Below are positions 1 to 15,322 of a DNA stretch of 64,000 nucleotides, piece after piece. Origin of the DNA: Eledone cirrhosa (Eukaryota); contig OZ024747.1 in the NCBI GenBank assembly GCA_964016885.1, positions 58,280,001 through 58,344,000 on the forward strand. The letters run 5' to 3'. The translations under genes and the position numbers were made by a program. Every line of letters starts with the position of its first letter. Position 1 is the first letter of the stretch. Under the pieces are notes generated by a model. The model ran no database searches. It was not told the DNA's origin and worked only from the letters and a program-made list of their open reading frames with translations.

Positions 1-1028
1 CCATTACCATATGTCAAACTATACTTCGAATAAAGCAAATTCTATTTTCCAGAAATCGAACATTGCCTATACAATAAAACAAAACACGAATGCCAGTTCT
101 TATTTAAATTCTACTTCATTACGTATTCGCAAAAGGAAATTACCCAATTACAGAAGTTGGTCTGAATGTAACTATTCAAATGTGATTTCAGTTAGGATTT
201 AGCAACCATCTTGTAGCTTGGTGGTATTTGGGGAACAGACGAATAGAAATGCTTGTGAATAACTGTGGTGCAGTTGAATAAAAGGGGCAAATTTAATTAG
301 GACATTTTTGCCTTAGACTATTTTAATATTCTAAAGTACATGACATTTACATAACAATTAAAGCACTCTTCAAAATAGAATTTACTTCTTACGAGATTTC
401 GTAAATCTGTCGGAAATTGCAGGAGAGAGGGAATGAAACAATCAATAATGATAGTTCACCTAATTAATACAATCTGATTTTATTCGCAAATATTCAATCA
501 CACAATCACACACACACACACACACAGAGAGATAGACATATTAAACACACACATGTATTCCTCCAAAGAATCACAAACACGCACACATAAATCACACACA
601 CATAGAATCAATCAAACGTAATCATATATTTGTATTCAAACATTAACTAACGTATTCAATCACACATATATAGAGGGGCAATGAATAACAAGCACATACA
701 CATACACAATACTATAACAATGTGCTCAACTCTTATGTTAATTCATTAGTGATATTTCGTGTAACTGTCTGCTAGTTTTCATGTCCTATTCAATGTAACT
801 ATTTCAAATACCTTATTGTAAAATGTTAACACGACATATTTCTAATGATGCATAATAAGGGATTTGCTATTAGCTAATGCAAATATAATCGAATGAAATT
901 TTAACATTCGAGATTTTCGGTAACTTCAAGTTTCAATGCAGGCCGTAAAGATACCTACGAAAACGGAGTATGTTTGAAGTTTTCGAATATTCCCTCCGCT
1001 CGCTCTCTCACTATAGATACATGCACAC

Positions 1029-1068
<40 letters not shown>

Positions 1069-1253
1069 GCATGCCCACACACACACACGCACACACACAC
1101 ACACACAGACACCCCCCCCCCCCACACACACACACACATTCAGAGCGGTATAACACGCCTATCTTAATGATTAGTCAGATAAACCACAGGCAAGTACAAT
1201 CTATTAGTATATATCTCTACTCTCCTTTGAGAATTGATCTCATAGTTCTACAT

Positions 1254-1311
<58 letters not shown>

Positions 1312-1317
1312 AGGTAA

Positions 1318-1498
1318 TAGTCGGTACAGTATTTGGAAGGAATATATTAGGTTAACGCTTGAAATAGCGTTCCGCTTGAAATAGCGTTCCGCTTGAAATA
1401 GCGTTCCGGACGCTAGTTCTTCAGCAGAAGAAAGATAGAAATAAAATGGATAGAAAGGACGTGTGGTGTGTATGGTGTAATTGGAAAAAATGTATTTT
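1318..1498 (-). mobile_element. Degenerate PLE terminal-repeat fragment containing a 17-bp x3 tandem repeat (1357-1407)
   Basis: Minus strand has CTGAAGA followed by a hairpin; gcttgaaatagcgttcc repeated three times; flanked by microsatellites. Confidence 0.4.
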
Positions 1499-1574
1499 AT
1501 ATATATATATATATATCTTTAAGCGATCGACTTTCGTCAAATCGGACCGAGGAAACAATGTTTCCGTTGGTCTT

Positions 1575-1709
1575 TCCAATTGCTAATACTATCTATCGGT
1601 CGCAACGCCAGGTAGAAGGAGCAACGTGAAATAAAGTGTCTTGCTCAAGGACATAACGCATCGCCTGGTCCAGGAATCGAACTCACCACTTCAGCCACAC
1701 GCCTTCACA
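1575..1709 (-). mobile_element. CORE-type tRNA-derived SINE fragment
   Basis: Minus strand: gtgaaggcgtgtggct (A box), gagttcgattcc (B box), then tgtccttgagcaagacactttatttcacgttgctcc (CORE-like). Confidence 0.7.
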
Positions 1710-1777
<68 letters not shown>

Positions 1778-1873
1778 ATGAAATGACAGGAGGCTGGATT
1801 TGTGTAAATCCTAGAAAGGTTTATTATACTATGATCATTTCAATGACCATTATATATATATATTTCAATGACC

Positions 1874-1921
<48 letters not shown>

Positions 1922-1925
<4 letters not shown>

Positions 1926-2014
1926 GGAAAAATTTGAACAGGGACAAAACAGAGAGGCAGTACAACGAATGTTTATTAATTTCACGCTCTGGAGAGTGGG
2001 GTGTTGGTGGGGGA
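1922..2014 (-). mobile_element. PLE terminal-repeat 3' end, same family as 35235-35328
   Basis: Reverse complement of ccactctccagagcgtgaaattaataaacattcgttgtactgcctctctg...tttccatta; embedded in (TA)n. Confidence 0.65.
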
Positions 2015-2048
2015 CAATAATATATATATATATATATATATTATATAT

Positions 2049-2080
<32 letters not shown>

Positions 2081-2287
2081 TATGTGAATTATGCGAATAT
2101 ATAGTTACATTGAATTACTGGAGGTGGTACCGAGACGAGGACTCGGTGCACAAGTAGACTGTATATATTGAGAAAAACGATAAAGTTTCATTTACGTGCG
2201 ATTCGCAGAGGATTAGCTCAGAGTCACCAATAGAATGTATGGACCCGACTCCATTACCGATCTACTTTTCAGAGTGGTGATTCAAAA

Positions 2288-2318
<31 letters not shown>

Positions 2319-2320
2319 TA

Positions 2321-2510
2321 TAACGAAGGAAATGTGGTAAGGAACCAGATGGACCATAACGCACCAAAGTACTCAATACTTAGGGTAGTAGAGTGAGTAA
2401 TAGGAAAAAGTATGACCCGGACGGCAGAGCTCAGGCTAAACATTCTAATTTAGTCCAGAAATAGCCGTCGAAACGGCTTGAGCTCTGCCGTCGGGGTCAT
2501 ACTTTTTCCT
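2321..2510. mobile_element. Fold-back PLE terminal-repeat cassette, copy 1 of 3
   Basis: Homologous to 39843-40054 and 54893-55041. Inverted arms taggaaaaagtatgacc..gagctca / tgagctc..tactttttccta, in TA/GA repeats. Confidence 0.65.
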
Positions 2511-3547
2511 ATATATAAAGATAGATAGACATATATAGCGGGTTATAAGGAAGTTTCAAATGAATATGTTTTATCGACTGTTACATATGTTACATATAAG
2601 TATCCATACATAGTTACCAACATACATAATATATATGTATATGAGAATATATTTGTACACAAATATAAGCATATATGTAAACATATGTGTATGGGAGGGT
2701 GTGCCTGCATAGATGTATTTTAATAACACTGCGACTCCATGTTACAACTTGAAGAAATAACAATAAATTTTACAATTCATTTAAAATAAAATTTGCACGT
2801 TTCATTTAGCAAGGAATGATTGCCTTGATCTTTTGATATATGCTTAACTGGAAATCATTAAAAACTGATTTAGATTAGTGAGCAGTAAATCTATTTACGA
2901 TTCATTCGCTAATTGTACCTTCTCTGACAGGATTTATACCACTTTTTTTTTTGTGTTTATTTTTGCTAGTTGTTTTTATGTAAAGTTTAAACAACTGCTA
3001 CCCCTCACGGATAAAACTAACTGCTTTCAAAATTATAGTTTTCTTTAATTGAGTTTCATCAGACACAAATGCAAGTTCAAAATAAATGGAAATATATGGG
3101 AATAATGCCAAAAAGAGAAAGGGTGTCAATGAGAATGTTTCATTTACTAGAAACAACGAATACATATTCTTCGAATTACAGATTAGATATTTTATATACA
3201 GTGTGTTACATAAATAACTGTGGATTATAACGTGTTCAATAACACGAATCAAGAGCAGACTGTTGTGGTGTTAATAAGACTAGAAGAGTTCTAAGTGTAA
3301 TTACAGAGCTAATAATAACTTGACAATCTCTATGTCTCAACATTTTATCATAATATATAAGTCTAAACAATTATCACAAAACCGGCTATATAAAGATAAT
3401 TATTAAATCAATATCTTCCAATACAATTGCAACCAGTAACTGATCGATTTAGGAAAACTTTCTGCGGTCGTTCTAACTGGAATCAAGAACATACGTACAT
3501 CCCCACCATATATATATATGTGTGTGTGTGTGGGTGTGTGTGCGTGT

Positions 3548-3636
<89 letters not shown>

Positions 3637-3848
3637 TGCGTGCGCGCATAGAGAGGTATTGATCTATATACGTAATGTGTCTCTTCGCGGTTGTCACATG
3701 TGGGAATGCATGAGGAGGAAAATAGATTGTGTGCATAAATATATATTCATCATATGATAATGTGGTTTTGAAGAGGAAAGCAAATTTTGAATATATATTC
3801 GTGCACATCTGTCAATTATAGCATATAATTATGACAAGAGAAGGGCAC

Positions 3849-3999
3849 TTTGTACAATGTATACTATATACAATAAGCGTTTGTACAATGTATACTATAT
3901 ACAATAAGCGTTTGTACAATGTATACTATATACAATAAGCGTTTGTACAATGTATACTATATACAATAAGCGTTTGTACAATGTATACTATATACAATA
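3849..3999. repeat. 31-bp minisatellite, about 5 copies
   Basis: tttgtacaatgtatactatatacaataagcg in perfect tandem. Confidence 0.95.
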
Positions 4000-4053
4000 A
4001 CCTTTTTCCCTGCTAAATCAGAGGAGATCCTTTCCGATTATGTGATAAGTATA

Positions 4054-4215
4054 ATAATTGTTTCTACGTTTGACACAAGGCCAGCAATTACTCAGTGCAT
4101 TACTGGTAAGGATGAAAGGCAAAGTTAACCTCGGTGGGATTTTTAACTCAGAATGGCAAGGGCCGTAACTTTATACGTCAACGCATGGCGTCCGTGCCTC
4201 TACCGATACTGCCAA
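4054..4215 (-). mobile_element. Meta-domain tRNA SINE (internally deleted)
   Basis: Homologous to the window's main SINE family. Confidence 0.85.
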
Positions 4216-4356
4216 TATAATAATACTTATCATGATGATCTTTACAATATGTGTGCGCCTGTCTTTGGAATGCGCTGTCTGTAATACCACGGGCAAATTG
4301 TTGTTTTATAAAGGACTGTAACTATTGAGGTGCGAACCGACCGATGTATAACACAA

Positions 4357-4546
4357 TAACTGTTTCTACGTTAGGCACAAGGCCAGCAATTACCCAGTGT
4401 ATTACTAGTACTTTATTTTATCGACCCCGTAAGGATGAAAGGCAAAGTTAACCTCGGCGGGATTTGAACTCAGAATGGCAAGGGCCGTAACTCTATGCGT
4501 CAAAGCATGGCGTCCGACCCTCTACCAATACTGCCAATCCACCGCC
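4357..4546 (-). mobile_element. Meta-domain tRNA SINE, full length
   Basis: A box tggcagtattgg, B box gagttcaaatcc, central gcctttcatccttacggggtcgataaaataaagtac; TSD tgtataacacaa. Confidence 0.9.
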
Positions 4547-4920
4547 ACTGTATAACACAAAAACGTGAACCTGTACTCCTTCTTGTACGTAGACCAGTGA
4601 GAATTGTGTATTAATTGTTGCTAAAATAGTTCACAGGAACCCTGCAAGCGGACGAATTTCTTTCAGAGGCGACCAGTATCCCAGAATGATGTGCTGAAAC
4701 TGACCAGGGGTCACTCACTTCATGTGGGTTAACAGTCATCGGGCACCAAACCGTGCATTTACATGTCTCCATGCCATAAGCAGGCGTATACATAGATATT
4801 CGTGGTTTCATTTCTGTGCTGCTATATATAGATTTCTTTCACTAGGTACACTAGTAGAATTAAATTAAATCTGATTATATTGTGGCTAATTTGTATATAT
4901 GTATATGCACGTGAATATAT

Positions 4921-4976
<56 letters not shown>

Positions 4977-5538
4977 TGTGTATGAGAGAGAAAGGGAGAG
5001 AGAGATGTAAATGCCGTTTCTATATTAATCATGGTATATATATATATATATATATACGTACATATATATAAGAAGAGAGAGAGAAACCATTTCTAAATTA
5101 AACATGATACATATATGCATGTATGTATGTATATATGTATGTTATGTAATTATGTATGTTTGTGTGTATGTATTCCTAGAGAGCCATAAATCAATATATA
5201 GTCTGAATGTTTCTCTTCACGGTTGTCAAATGTGGGAATGTAAGAGGAGGAAAATAGATGGTGTGCATAAATATATATGCATGAGAGGATGATGTAGTTT
5301 TGACGAGGAATGCAAATTTTCATATATATTCGTGCACATCTGCATGTGCATATAGTAGGTGAATCTAATTGCATTCAACAGGATTTAGTTAGCCTGTGAG
5401 GACACCATTCAGAGTGCATATTGAAATACACATATATATCAATGTGCTACGTTCCGTATGTCAGCATGCAATCATATGCACACACATTGATACACACACA
5501 TACACACACCATTCCAATCACACATATTTACATAAAAA

Positions 5539-5596
<58 letters not shown>

Positions 5597-5601
5597 CACA
5601 C

Positions 5602-5632
<31 letters not shown>

Positions 5633-5653
5633 TACATACATACACATGCATAC

Positions 5654-5688
<35 letters not shown>

Positions 5689-5692
5689 GTTA

Positions 5693-5727
<35 letters not shown>

Positions 5728-6962
5728 GTGTGTGTGTTTATGTATATGTCTATATATATATATTGCACTTAATCATTATTAAATATATGAACCTAATAAG
5801 GTTACTATACAAATGTATAAGCGTGTACAGATGTATATTAATGCATATGTCTGCTTGTGTATATATATTTTTGCAACAATGGAATAGTGGCTGAATCCCA
5901 TAGCGATACATTTACATAACAGGAAACTGGTGCCTGACTTCTCAATATAATTATCAATTTTTAACGATGCATATCTTATCTAAGAATTATATATATCTAT
6001 GGCTAAAAATAATAATCTTGCGAGACCGCATACTATTAAAACCTATATTTCTATTCAGAATTCACGGTGATAACTTGACCATTTTAGCGAAACTAACCAT
6101 ATATTTTTTATATGATTTGCCCAGCAGCATATGCATATGTACTGTTTGTTATTTTGTTTGGTTTACTTACTTGCTACGCCCTTTTCTGTCAAACAGTCTG
6201 AGCTCGCCTATCATTTGTTCAGTAGGTCTACACTTGGTTGCGCATCATTCGTTCACAATTAACTAAAATGAAAGTAGAGATATATTGACTCTGAAATACT
6301 ATGGTTGAGGTCACAAGTCGCAACTAGTAGATTCGCTTTCATCATAGTTTCTATTTGTAGTTTATTTTACTTTTATTTTCATATTCATTCTACTCTATTT
6401 ATCTTTTCTTCTGTGTTATACATGGCTTGCTTGCTGGAGGCGCTTGATATAGTTGGCGTCCGGATACTGTTTGTAGCAATTTAACGCTTCATATGTTGAA
6501 ACTGGCTCAGTGAACGGAGAGTAATGTCTGTGTGAATTATATGTGTGCATGGGTGTGTATATATGTGTGTGACGAAGGTTTAGTAGGAACTCAACCAATA
6601 GCTTTTCTGTGTTCTCATAATAAATATCGGCCGCTGCTTCACTGGAACTGTGTCAACAATATTCCCATTGTGAAATTCAATATTTTGTCAATCCACCAAC
6701 AGGCTGCAAGTTGTTTATGGCAATATTAATTTGCTCCATCAGCCTGTTTGTTCAGTGGTAGATGAGTTCTACTGTTATTAACGTCAGCTATTTATTTTAC
6801 GTCGTTGGATATCTGCTTTTCCCTTAAATATTAATGTTAACTATTATATTTTTCTCAAACCTTTTTCTTTTTCTTTCTAATCTTCATTATTTGAGATATT
6901 TGTAGAAGTTTTCTAAGTTTTTTCTTTTAATTTGAATTGCATTTTCTCAAACACACATACAA

Positions 6963-7019
<57 letters not shown>

Positions 7020-7164
7020 TATGGGGGGGGGGGGTGCATGTATATAAAATGTATTAATATTTTATTAATATCGTTACAAATGTGGATTTTTTATTAAAAT
7101 TGTTATTACTAGTGGTGTTATTGACTGTCGCTCTTGATGGTGTGTGACTTGTTTTGCATTTCAT

Positions 7165-8823
<1,659 letters not shown>

Positions 8824-8983
8824 GTTATATTTGGGGAGGGTTATATTGTTATGATATTGCCAGAAATAATAATAGAACACAAATCATTGTTCGGTTTGGA
8901 TTGGTTTTCACTTCTGTATCTTTTATATCGCCATAGATAATTTATCTGGCAATCAATATTTATCATTGATTGACCAAGGGTTA

Positions 8984-9051
<68 letters not shown>

Positions 9052-9240
9052 TAAATCTACCAAAATGTACGGTAGTGTCCAATCCGTATGAAGAACTCAT
9101 AGTTTGTAAAAATTTTACATAGATCTATATGATATACATACCAACACTAACATATATATCCTAGAAACGATCGTAAAATGATGAATTTTTTAATATAAGG
9201 AACTGTTTCTTTGTTTTTATTCATTATTTTTATTAATTTA

Positions 9241-9283
<43 letters not shown>

Positions 9284-9284
9284 T

Positions 9285-9313
9285 CTAGCAGAATGGCCCG
9301 GTGTTGCTTGGGC
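9285..9313 (-). mobile_element. Helitron-type 3' end; element may extend to ~9800
   Basis: ctagcagaatggcccggtgttgcttggg closely matches the reverse complement of the 3' hairpin-CTAG end at 46748-46775. Confidence 0.55.
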
Positions 9314-9885
9314 TTCTAAACATAGATTATCATGTACAGAGAAGTACGGAATACTTCGGCCTGGGGATGGTGTCTACATGTTGTGCTTATAAAAAAATTC
9401 GTCGCAGATTACCAGGGGTTTAACTTAATTGGGTGCCTGAGGGTAAAATGTTCAACCTACGAAAGCCAAGACGATAGGGTTATGTAAAAAGGCATTCTAC
9501 AAACTGAACATGTATTTGCTGTGCTATGGTACAATGAGAGCAATAGTTACAGAGCAGTAAGCAAGTGGGACTGCAGTGGTGGAAAGCATAGATTTGGAAT
9601 AAATACCACAGGCAACCTTATAGGCGGCGCTCTCACAATACTCCAGTTACAAAGGAATGGTATTTGTGTTCAAAGCAGGGGTAAACGGAACAAACACTTC
9701 ATAACATCTTGTATGACAGTCCAAACAAAGCTTTTACTAATACAACTCGTGCAATACACATAAACAGACATGCATACATACATGCATACTTATATATAAA
9801 TGTGTGTGTGTGTGTATATATATATATGTGTGTGTGAATGTGTGCGTGCGCGTGTGAATTTATATTTATATATATATATATATAT

Positions 9886-10571
9886 CTGTGGCTATGAGTG
9901 TGGGGCTGAGAATGAATGAGACTGAAACAAAATATCTGGTAGAGAATGTTGAGAAGCCAGAGGGGATTACTAATGTAGGCGGGAAGCCGCTAGAATTGGT
10001 TGAGGGCTTCCTGTATTTGGGAGCAAAGATTGGGAATACGGAAGATGATGTGGTTGAGAGAAAGAGCAAGACCTGGGCGGCGTGCCACAGCTTGAGATCG
10101 GTGTGGAAGTCGGACCTTCTAGAGACCTGAAAATACGCCTCTTCATTGCTGTAGTGGAGTCTGTGCTGCTGTATGGGTCTGAGACTTGGACACTGACCAA
10201 GAAACTCACTCAGATGATGGATGGGTGCTACACGAGAATGCTGAGGATGGCTCTGAACATTAATCAGTATACACTGAGGATGAAAAACTCAGAGCTGTAT
10301 GGGAGCATCCCAAAAGTCAGCTCAAAAGTGACACAGAGGAGACTGAGGTTACCTGGACATGCTCACCGACATCCAGAGTTGACATTGGACTCAGTGCTCC
10401 TTTGGGAGCCCCTACATGGACACACTAGAAGAGGAAGACCAAGGTTAACGTATGTTGATGCCCTAAGGACAGACACTGGTCTGATGGGGACGCAGGACAT
10501 GGCAGCGATAATGAGGGACAGAGACCGCTGGAGAGAACTCGTCCATGGATCTCGGGAATTTTACCAGCCAT

Positions 10572-10573
<2 letters not shown>
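9886..10573 (+). mobile_element. 5'-truncated RTE-like LINE (RT C-terminus, frameshift near 10120)
   Basis: GLRMNETET, FLYLG, VESVLLYGSETWTLT, RRLRLPGH, RGRPRLTY, MRDRDRWR; both ends abut (TA)n. Confidence 0.9.
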
Positions 10574-10620
<47 letters not shown>

Positions 10621-10768
10621 CAAATACATACTTATATACATACATATATGCGTGCATACATACATGCATGCATACATACGTAGTCACAAACACACACTCA
10701 AAGATATATATACGTACATAAATATGTATATATAAACACACAGATATATTTGTGTGCGTATATATATA

Positions 10769-10843
<75 letters not shown>

Positions 10844-11297
10844 GTTTTATATATACATAGTTAGATAGACGTTTACACATACACTCACACACAACATATA
10901 TATATATACTTATATACACGCATGACTTTATGTGTTGCATCTTTATAGCCATATACGTCAACAAATCTATCACTATTTCATAAAAGTTTCAAATATTTCC
11001 TATTGAATATTTGCATTAGAGTCTTCGATTTTTAATATTTTGTTTCATCTGTTACGGCCTCCTCTAAAAGCAGTCATTCTATATAATGCTATGCTGTAAT
11101 ACGAAAATTATATTTAAATCCTATGGTATAAATCCAACTGATTCTAAACATATGAGAATTAATTCTTACATGTATGATATTACTTCTATCTTTAGAAATA
11201 TTAATTGTATTGTTGCTTTTTTGAATTGTATGGAGCTTTATCCGTAATCCTATCATATTTATATATATTGATCACTTAGGTATTATACTTGATTATA

Positions 11298-11356
<59 letters not shown>

Positions 11357-11697
11357 TATTTGTTACCCCGTATATATATATATATATATATGTAAATAAG
11401 TATATATATATATATATATATAGTTATTTACATATATATATATATAGTTATTTACATATATTTGTGTGGGTGCGTGCATGTAAGTATTTATGTATATGTA
11501 TGTATATATATAAATACTTATATATATGTGTGTGTGAGAGTGTGTGTGTGTGTGTGCGTGTGTATCTATGTGTGCGGGTGGGTGTGACTGTGTGTGTGAG
11601 TGCGGTAACATGCATTTTATAAGGAAGGCATTTCCCCCATTAGTCTCTCATCACCAATCATCAAACACATGACATTATTATTATTACATTCTTCGTT

Positions 11698-11736
<39 letters not shown>

Positions 11737-12436
11737 GTCATCATCATCATCACCATCATCATTATCATCATCATCATCGTCATGATCGTTATGTTTTTAC
11801 AATAAAATAACGGATTTTCATTGATATTGAAACATATATATCCTACAATAGATTTCTGCACATCTCAATCACATTACACTAACAAGTGGCAACTAAAGAA
11901 ATGGAAAAAAGACAAGAAATAAACATTATATTTAGTTTTATTATTGATTTCTGTTACTATCGAAATTTTCGAAATATTCCGTATTCTTTGTGTCAATGTT
12001 ACATGTCATAAGAAGTAAGATATTCATAGGTTTATTTAGTTATTCATATTGTCATATTTTAGCTTATATTATTTTATTTTATTTTCGGTCAATCTCAATC
12101 GAAATAATTTCAGAAATATACGATCTAATTATATTTGTTACTCAAGTATGATAACATAAACACATAAACAAATCAATTTACATACACACAGTTATATACA
12201 CTCTATGGACATATGCATGCTTTACCCACTTTCTGTCACTACGTATATCTATCTATCTATATATATATAAATATATCTATATATATATAAATATATCTAT
12301 ATATATATAAATATATATGTATAATATATCCTCACTTATACACTCCCACAAAAACACACATCCACACTCACATACAAATATAAGGTCACATACATATATG
12401 CATATATACGGTATATATATATATATATATATAAAT

Positions 12437-12746
12437 ATGTAGAGGTTATATTTAATTTGTTGGGATACAACAAGCAAAATATTTTTATAACTGATGTAAA
12501 GCACTCAACAAATTAAAGCACTCAACATAATAAACCAACAATAAATCTAATAACTCCACTATCCAGGCGATTCCAACGAAAATGGTTGCATTTTTTCCCG
12601 GCATGTCAATATTTATTTATAAAACTAACCTATATTATATTTTATCTGATGAAAGCGCACCATAGTTTGCCTTGGTGGCCCTTGAAATATGCATAATGAA
12701 TTAAATATGGTTTAATAAATATAGTTTCCATTTGTTAATATATTGT
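12437..12746 (+). mobile_element. PLE terminal repeat with minimal hammerhead (CTGATGA at 12646)
   Basis: Homologous to 44021-44208; ends in a TA repeat. Confidence 0.65.
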
Positions 12747-13566
12747 ATTTATATATATTTGTATGTGTGTGTGTATGTATGTATAGATATATATATTATA
12801 TATATATGTATGTAAATATTGTATGTATGCATATATGTATATGTCTATCTCCGTGTATGTGAGTGTATATATGGTGTGTTTTTGTGGTTGTGTATAGATG
12901 TGGTTATATTATACACCCTGAATAACACTCACATGACTGTATTCTCTTTTTAGAATAATATATGTGCAACAAAAATATATGTATTTATCTCATAAATTTA
13001 TTCCAAACTTGTCAATAATTTAACATTATAACTGTCATCGAAAATTATATGTTGACATATTTTCTGATCAACAGAAATATTTCACTGAACTGCTTCAACA
13101 ATAACCATCAATATATTCAATAATATTATGAACAATTGATATCTTACATACACAGTTGTCTCCATGTGATATTTGGGATTATAGTCTGCTACAGTGGTCT
13201 AGTGTGTACGTGGTATAAACTACATTGATACCCCGGGAGATAGAATCGATGTTTGAACCTGGCTTGATTTCAAATAAGAACTATGGAATGTCATTCAAGG
13301 AAGATTTGGTTGTTTATTTCTGAGAGACCCAGGGATGCATAAATCAACTACACAAGCTCATACATCAATCAGCCTGTAATGTCGGTGCTATATCTCTCTT
13401 GTCTCCCGTAACTTCTGATTGATTCGTAGGGGCGCCGTATTGACATACGGCGTTTCTTGGGCATTTTAAGCCATAGCAGAACCCACCCCTCCCCAGTCCT
13501 GAATCCAGCATATTTCTTTCAGGGGAAGTTAGAAAGTGTGAGAGAGGAAATGAGAATGAGATATAG

Positions 13567-13705
13567 ACTGGTACTATTTATGGACCTCGAAATTATGAAA
13601 GGCAAACTTGACCTCGGCCTAATTTGAACTCAGAGAACAGAGAACCTGAACGAATACCGCAGAACATTCTATTCGACATTCTGACGACAGCCAATTCGCT
13701 GCCTA
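13567..13705 (-). mobile_element. Old, diverged Meta-domain SINE
   Basis: atgaaaggcaaacttgacctcggcctaatttgaactcaga...ccaattcgctgcc. Confidence 0.7.
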
Positions 13706-14113
13706 GGGGGCTATATATTATTTTTCAAACATTTATATGATTATTTAACATACTTCTTGAGAGTAGGGTCACCTAAAATATATTTAAAGAGTACGTGAAA
13801 TATTCCAAGCAAATAAAGTTAGATGTAATTACATGTTTTAGCTAATTTCATCACTGATAACATACAGCGTGAATTGAAACTTCATCTGGGGTTTGGATTT
13901 ATGGGAGATTCTTAGTGGTTTACAAAAAGGAATATTGACTCCATTTTGTTTTCCAATGTCTCCCCCGAATGTAATTATTCTTGCACCTGAAGCGGTGAAC
14001 GTCGCTTCAATAGTTCGATAACAATGGTTTGTTTATCGAAAGTGGTGATTTGAAAACCCAAGTCAATAACTAAAGAATATGAACAGAAAAAAGAACTAAT
14101 ATATTTACAACAG

Positions 14114-14221
14114 AGTATTTAGTTCTGAACAGTAGAGACTTAGTCATGGCCATCGCCCTTGAAAGCAACCATATCTATTATGGAGAAATTAATGACGATT
14201 TCACATAGGAAATGGGTTTAC
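14114..14221 (+). pseudogene. Module C pore exon
   Basis: tttacaacag|, then YLVLNSRDLVMAIALESNHIYYGEINDDFT*EMGL, then |gtaatc. IYYGEI...EM resembles VGYGDI..T..EM. In-frame TAG at 14206. Phase 1 end matches the phase of the next exon. Confidence 0.6.
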
Positions 14222-14320
14222 GTAATCCTATTTTCCACTTCTATTAATTTCACCCTCATTCAAAATTTGGCCACAGAGACATTGCACGGCTATATATAAA
14301 TATATCCGTATTTGTAAATT

Positions 14321-14358
<38 letters not shown>

Positions 14359-14377
14359 AGTGTGAGTGTGTGTATAA

Positions 14378-14424
<47 letters not shown>

Positions 14425-14478
14425 TTATTATTAAAGCTAGATATGAGTCTTGTTATATGTTCATATTGTTTTAATTGT

Positions 14479-14585
<107 letters not shown>

Positions 14586-14586
14586 G

Positions 14587-14679
14587 TGAATTTCTTTTGT
14601 GTATTCATTGCTTCGGTTATGGCTGGAACCATTGTGACCTCAATCAACAATGCAAGTGTCACAAAAGGCTACAAGAAAT
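14587..14679 (+). pseudogene. Module C S6 exon
   Basis: catag|, then (L)[30 protein letters not shown], then |gtaggc. Hydrophobic helix with the G-T-I-x-x-S-I-x-N-A pattern of CNBD-channel S6. Splices in frame to 14114-14221. Confidence 0.62.
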
Positions 14680-14919
14680 GTAGGCACAAATACCGCCATA
14701 TTCTCAGTTATTGTTAATCAACAACGACTATTGAATTGAATAAAATAGGAAATAGTATTTTTCTAGCTATTAATGTTAATATTATCATCTAGGAATCAGA
14801 TAAAGTTGATAACGATTTTTATAGATATTTTTATTGGTATTGATTGCAATTTAATAAAAGGAATTCGTCTCGCTATGAATATACACACCTCTACGTATAA
14901 AAAAAAATCCCAATTAAAT

Positions 14920-15022
<103 letters not shown>

Positions 15023-15322
15023 CATGTATATAACTGATATATATAACTGCGGACACTTTTCATATTGATGTATATATATATATATATATATATTTGCTTT
15101 GTAGTGACAGTCATGGAAATGAGTAATCGATACAGAAATGATTAATAATTTTATTTCTGTCAACTCAATGTGCTGTTGAAATTACGTTTCACACGCACAT
15201 TTACATTTTTATCTGATGACCCTGTGAGGAGACAGGCGAAAATGTATGGTGACAAGTTGTGTAAATGAACCCTTTATATGTGTGTTTGTATATGTTTGCA
15301 TATATATATATATATATATATA

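Larger units (their letters stand above)
53..3320 (+). pseudogene. Channel module A (partial: S5, pore/S6, C-linker, CNBD remnants)
   Basis: 53-174 TRMPVLI*ILLHYVFA (S5-like); ~730-920 SYVNSLVIFRVTVC and LLLANAN / YNRMKF (pore helix and post-S6); ~2810 DLLIYA*LEI; ~3260 VVLIRLEEF*V*LQS. Very degenerate. Confidence 0.3.
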
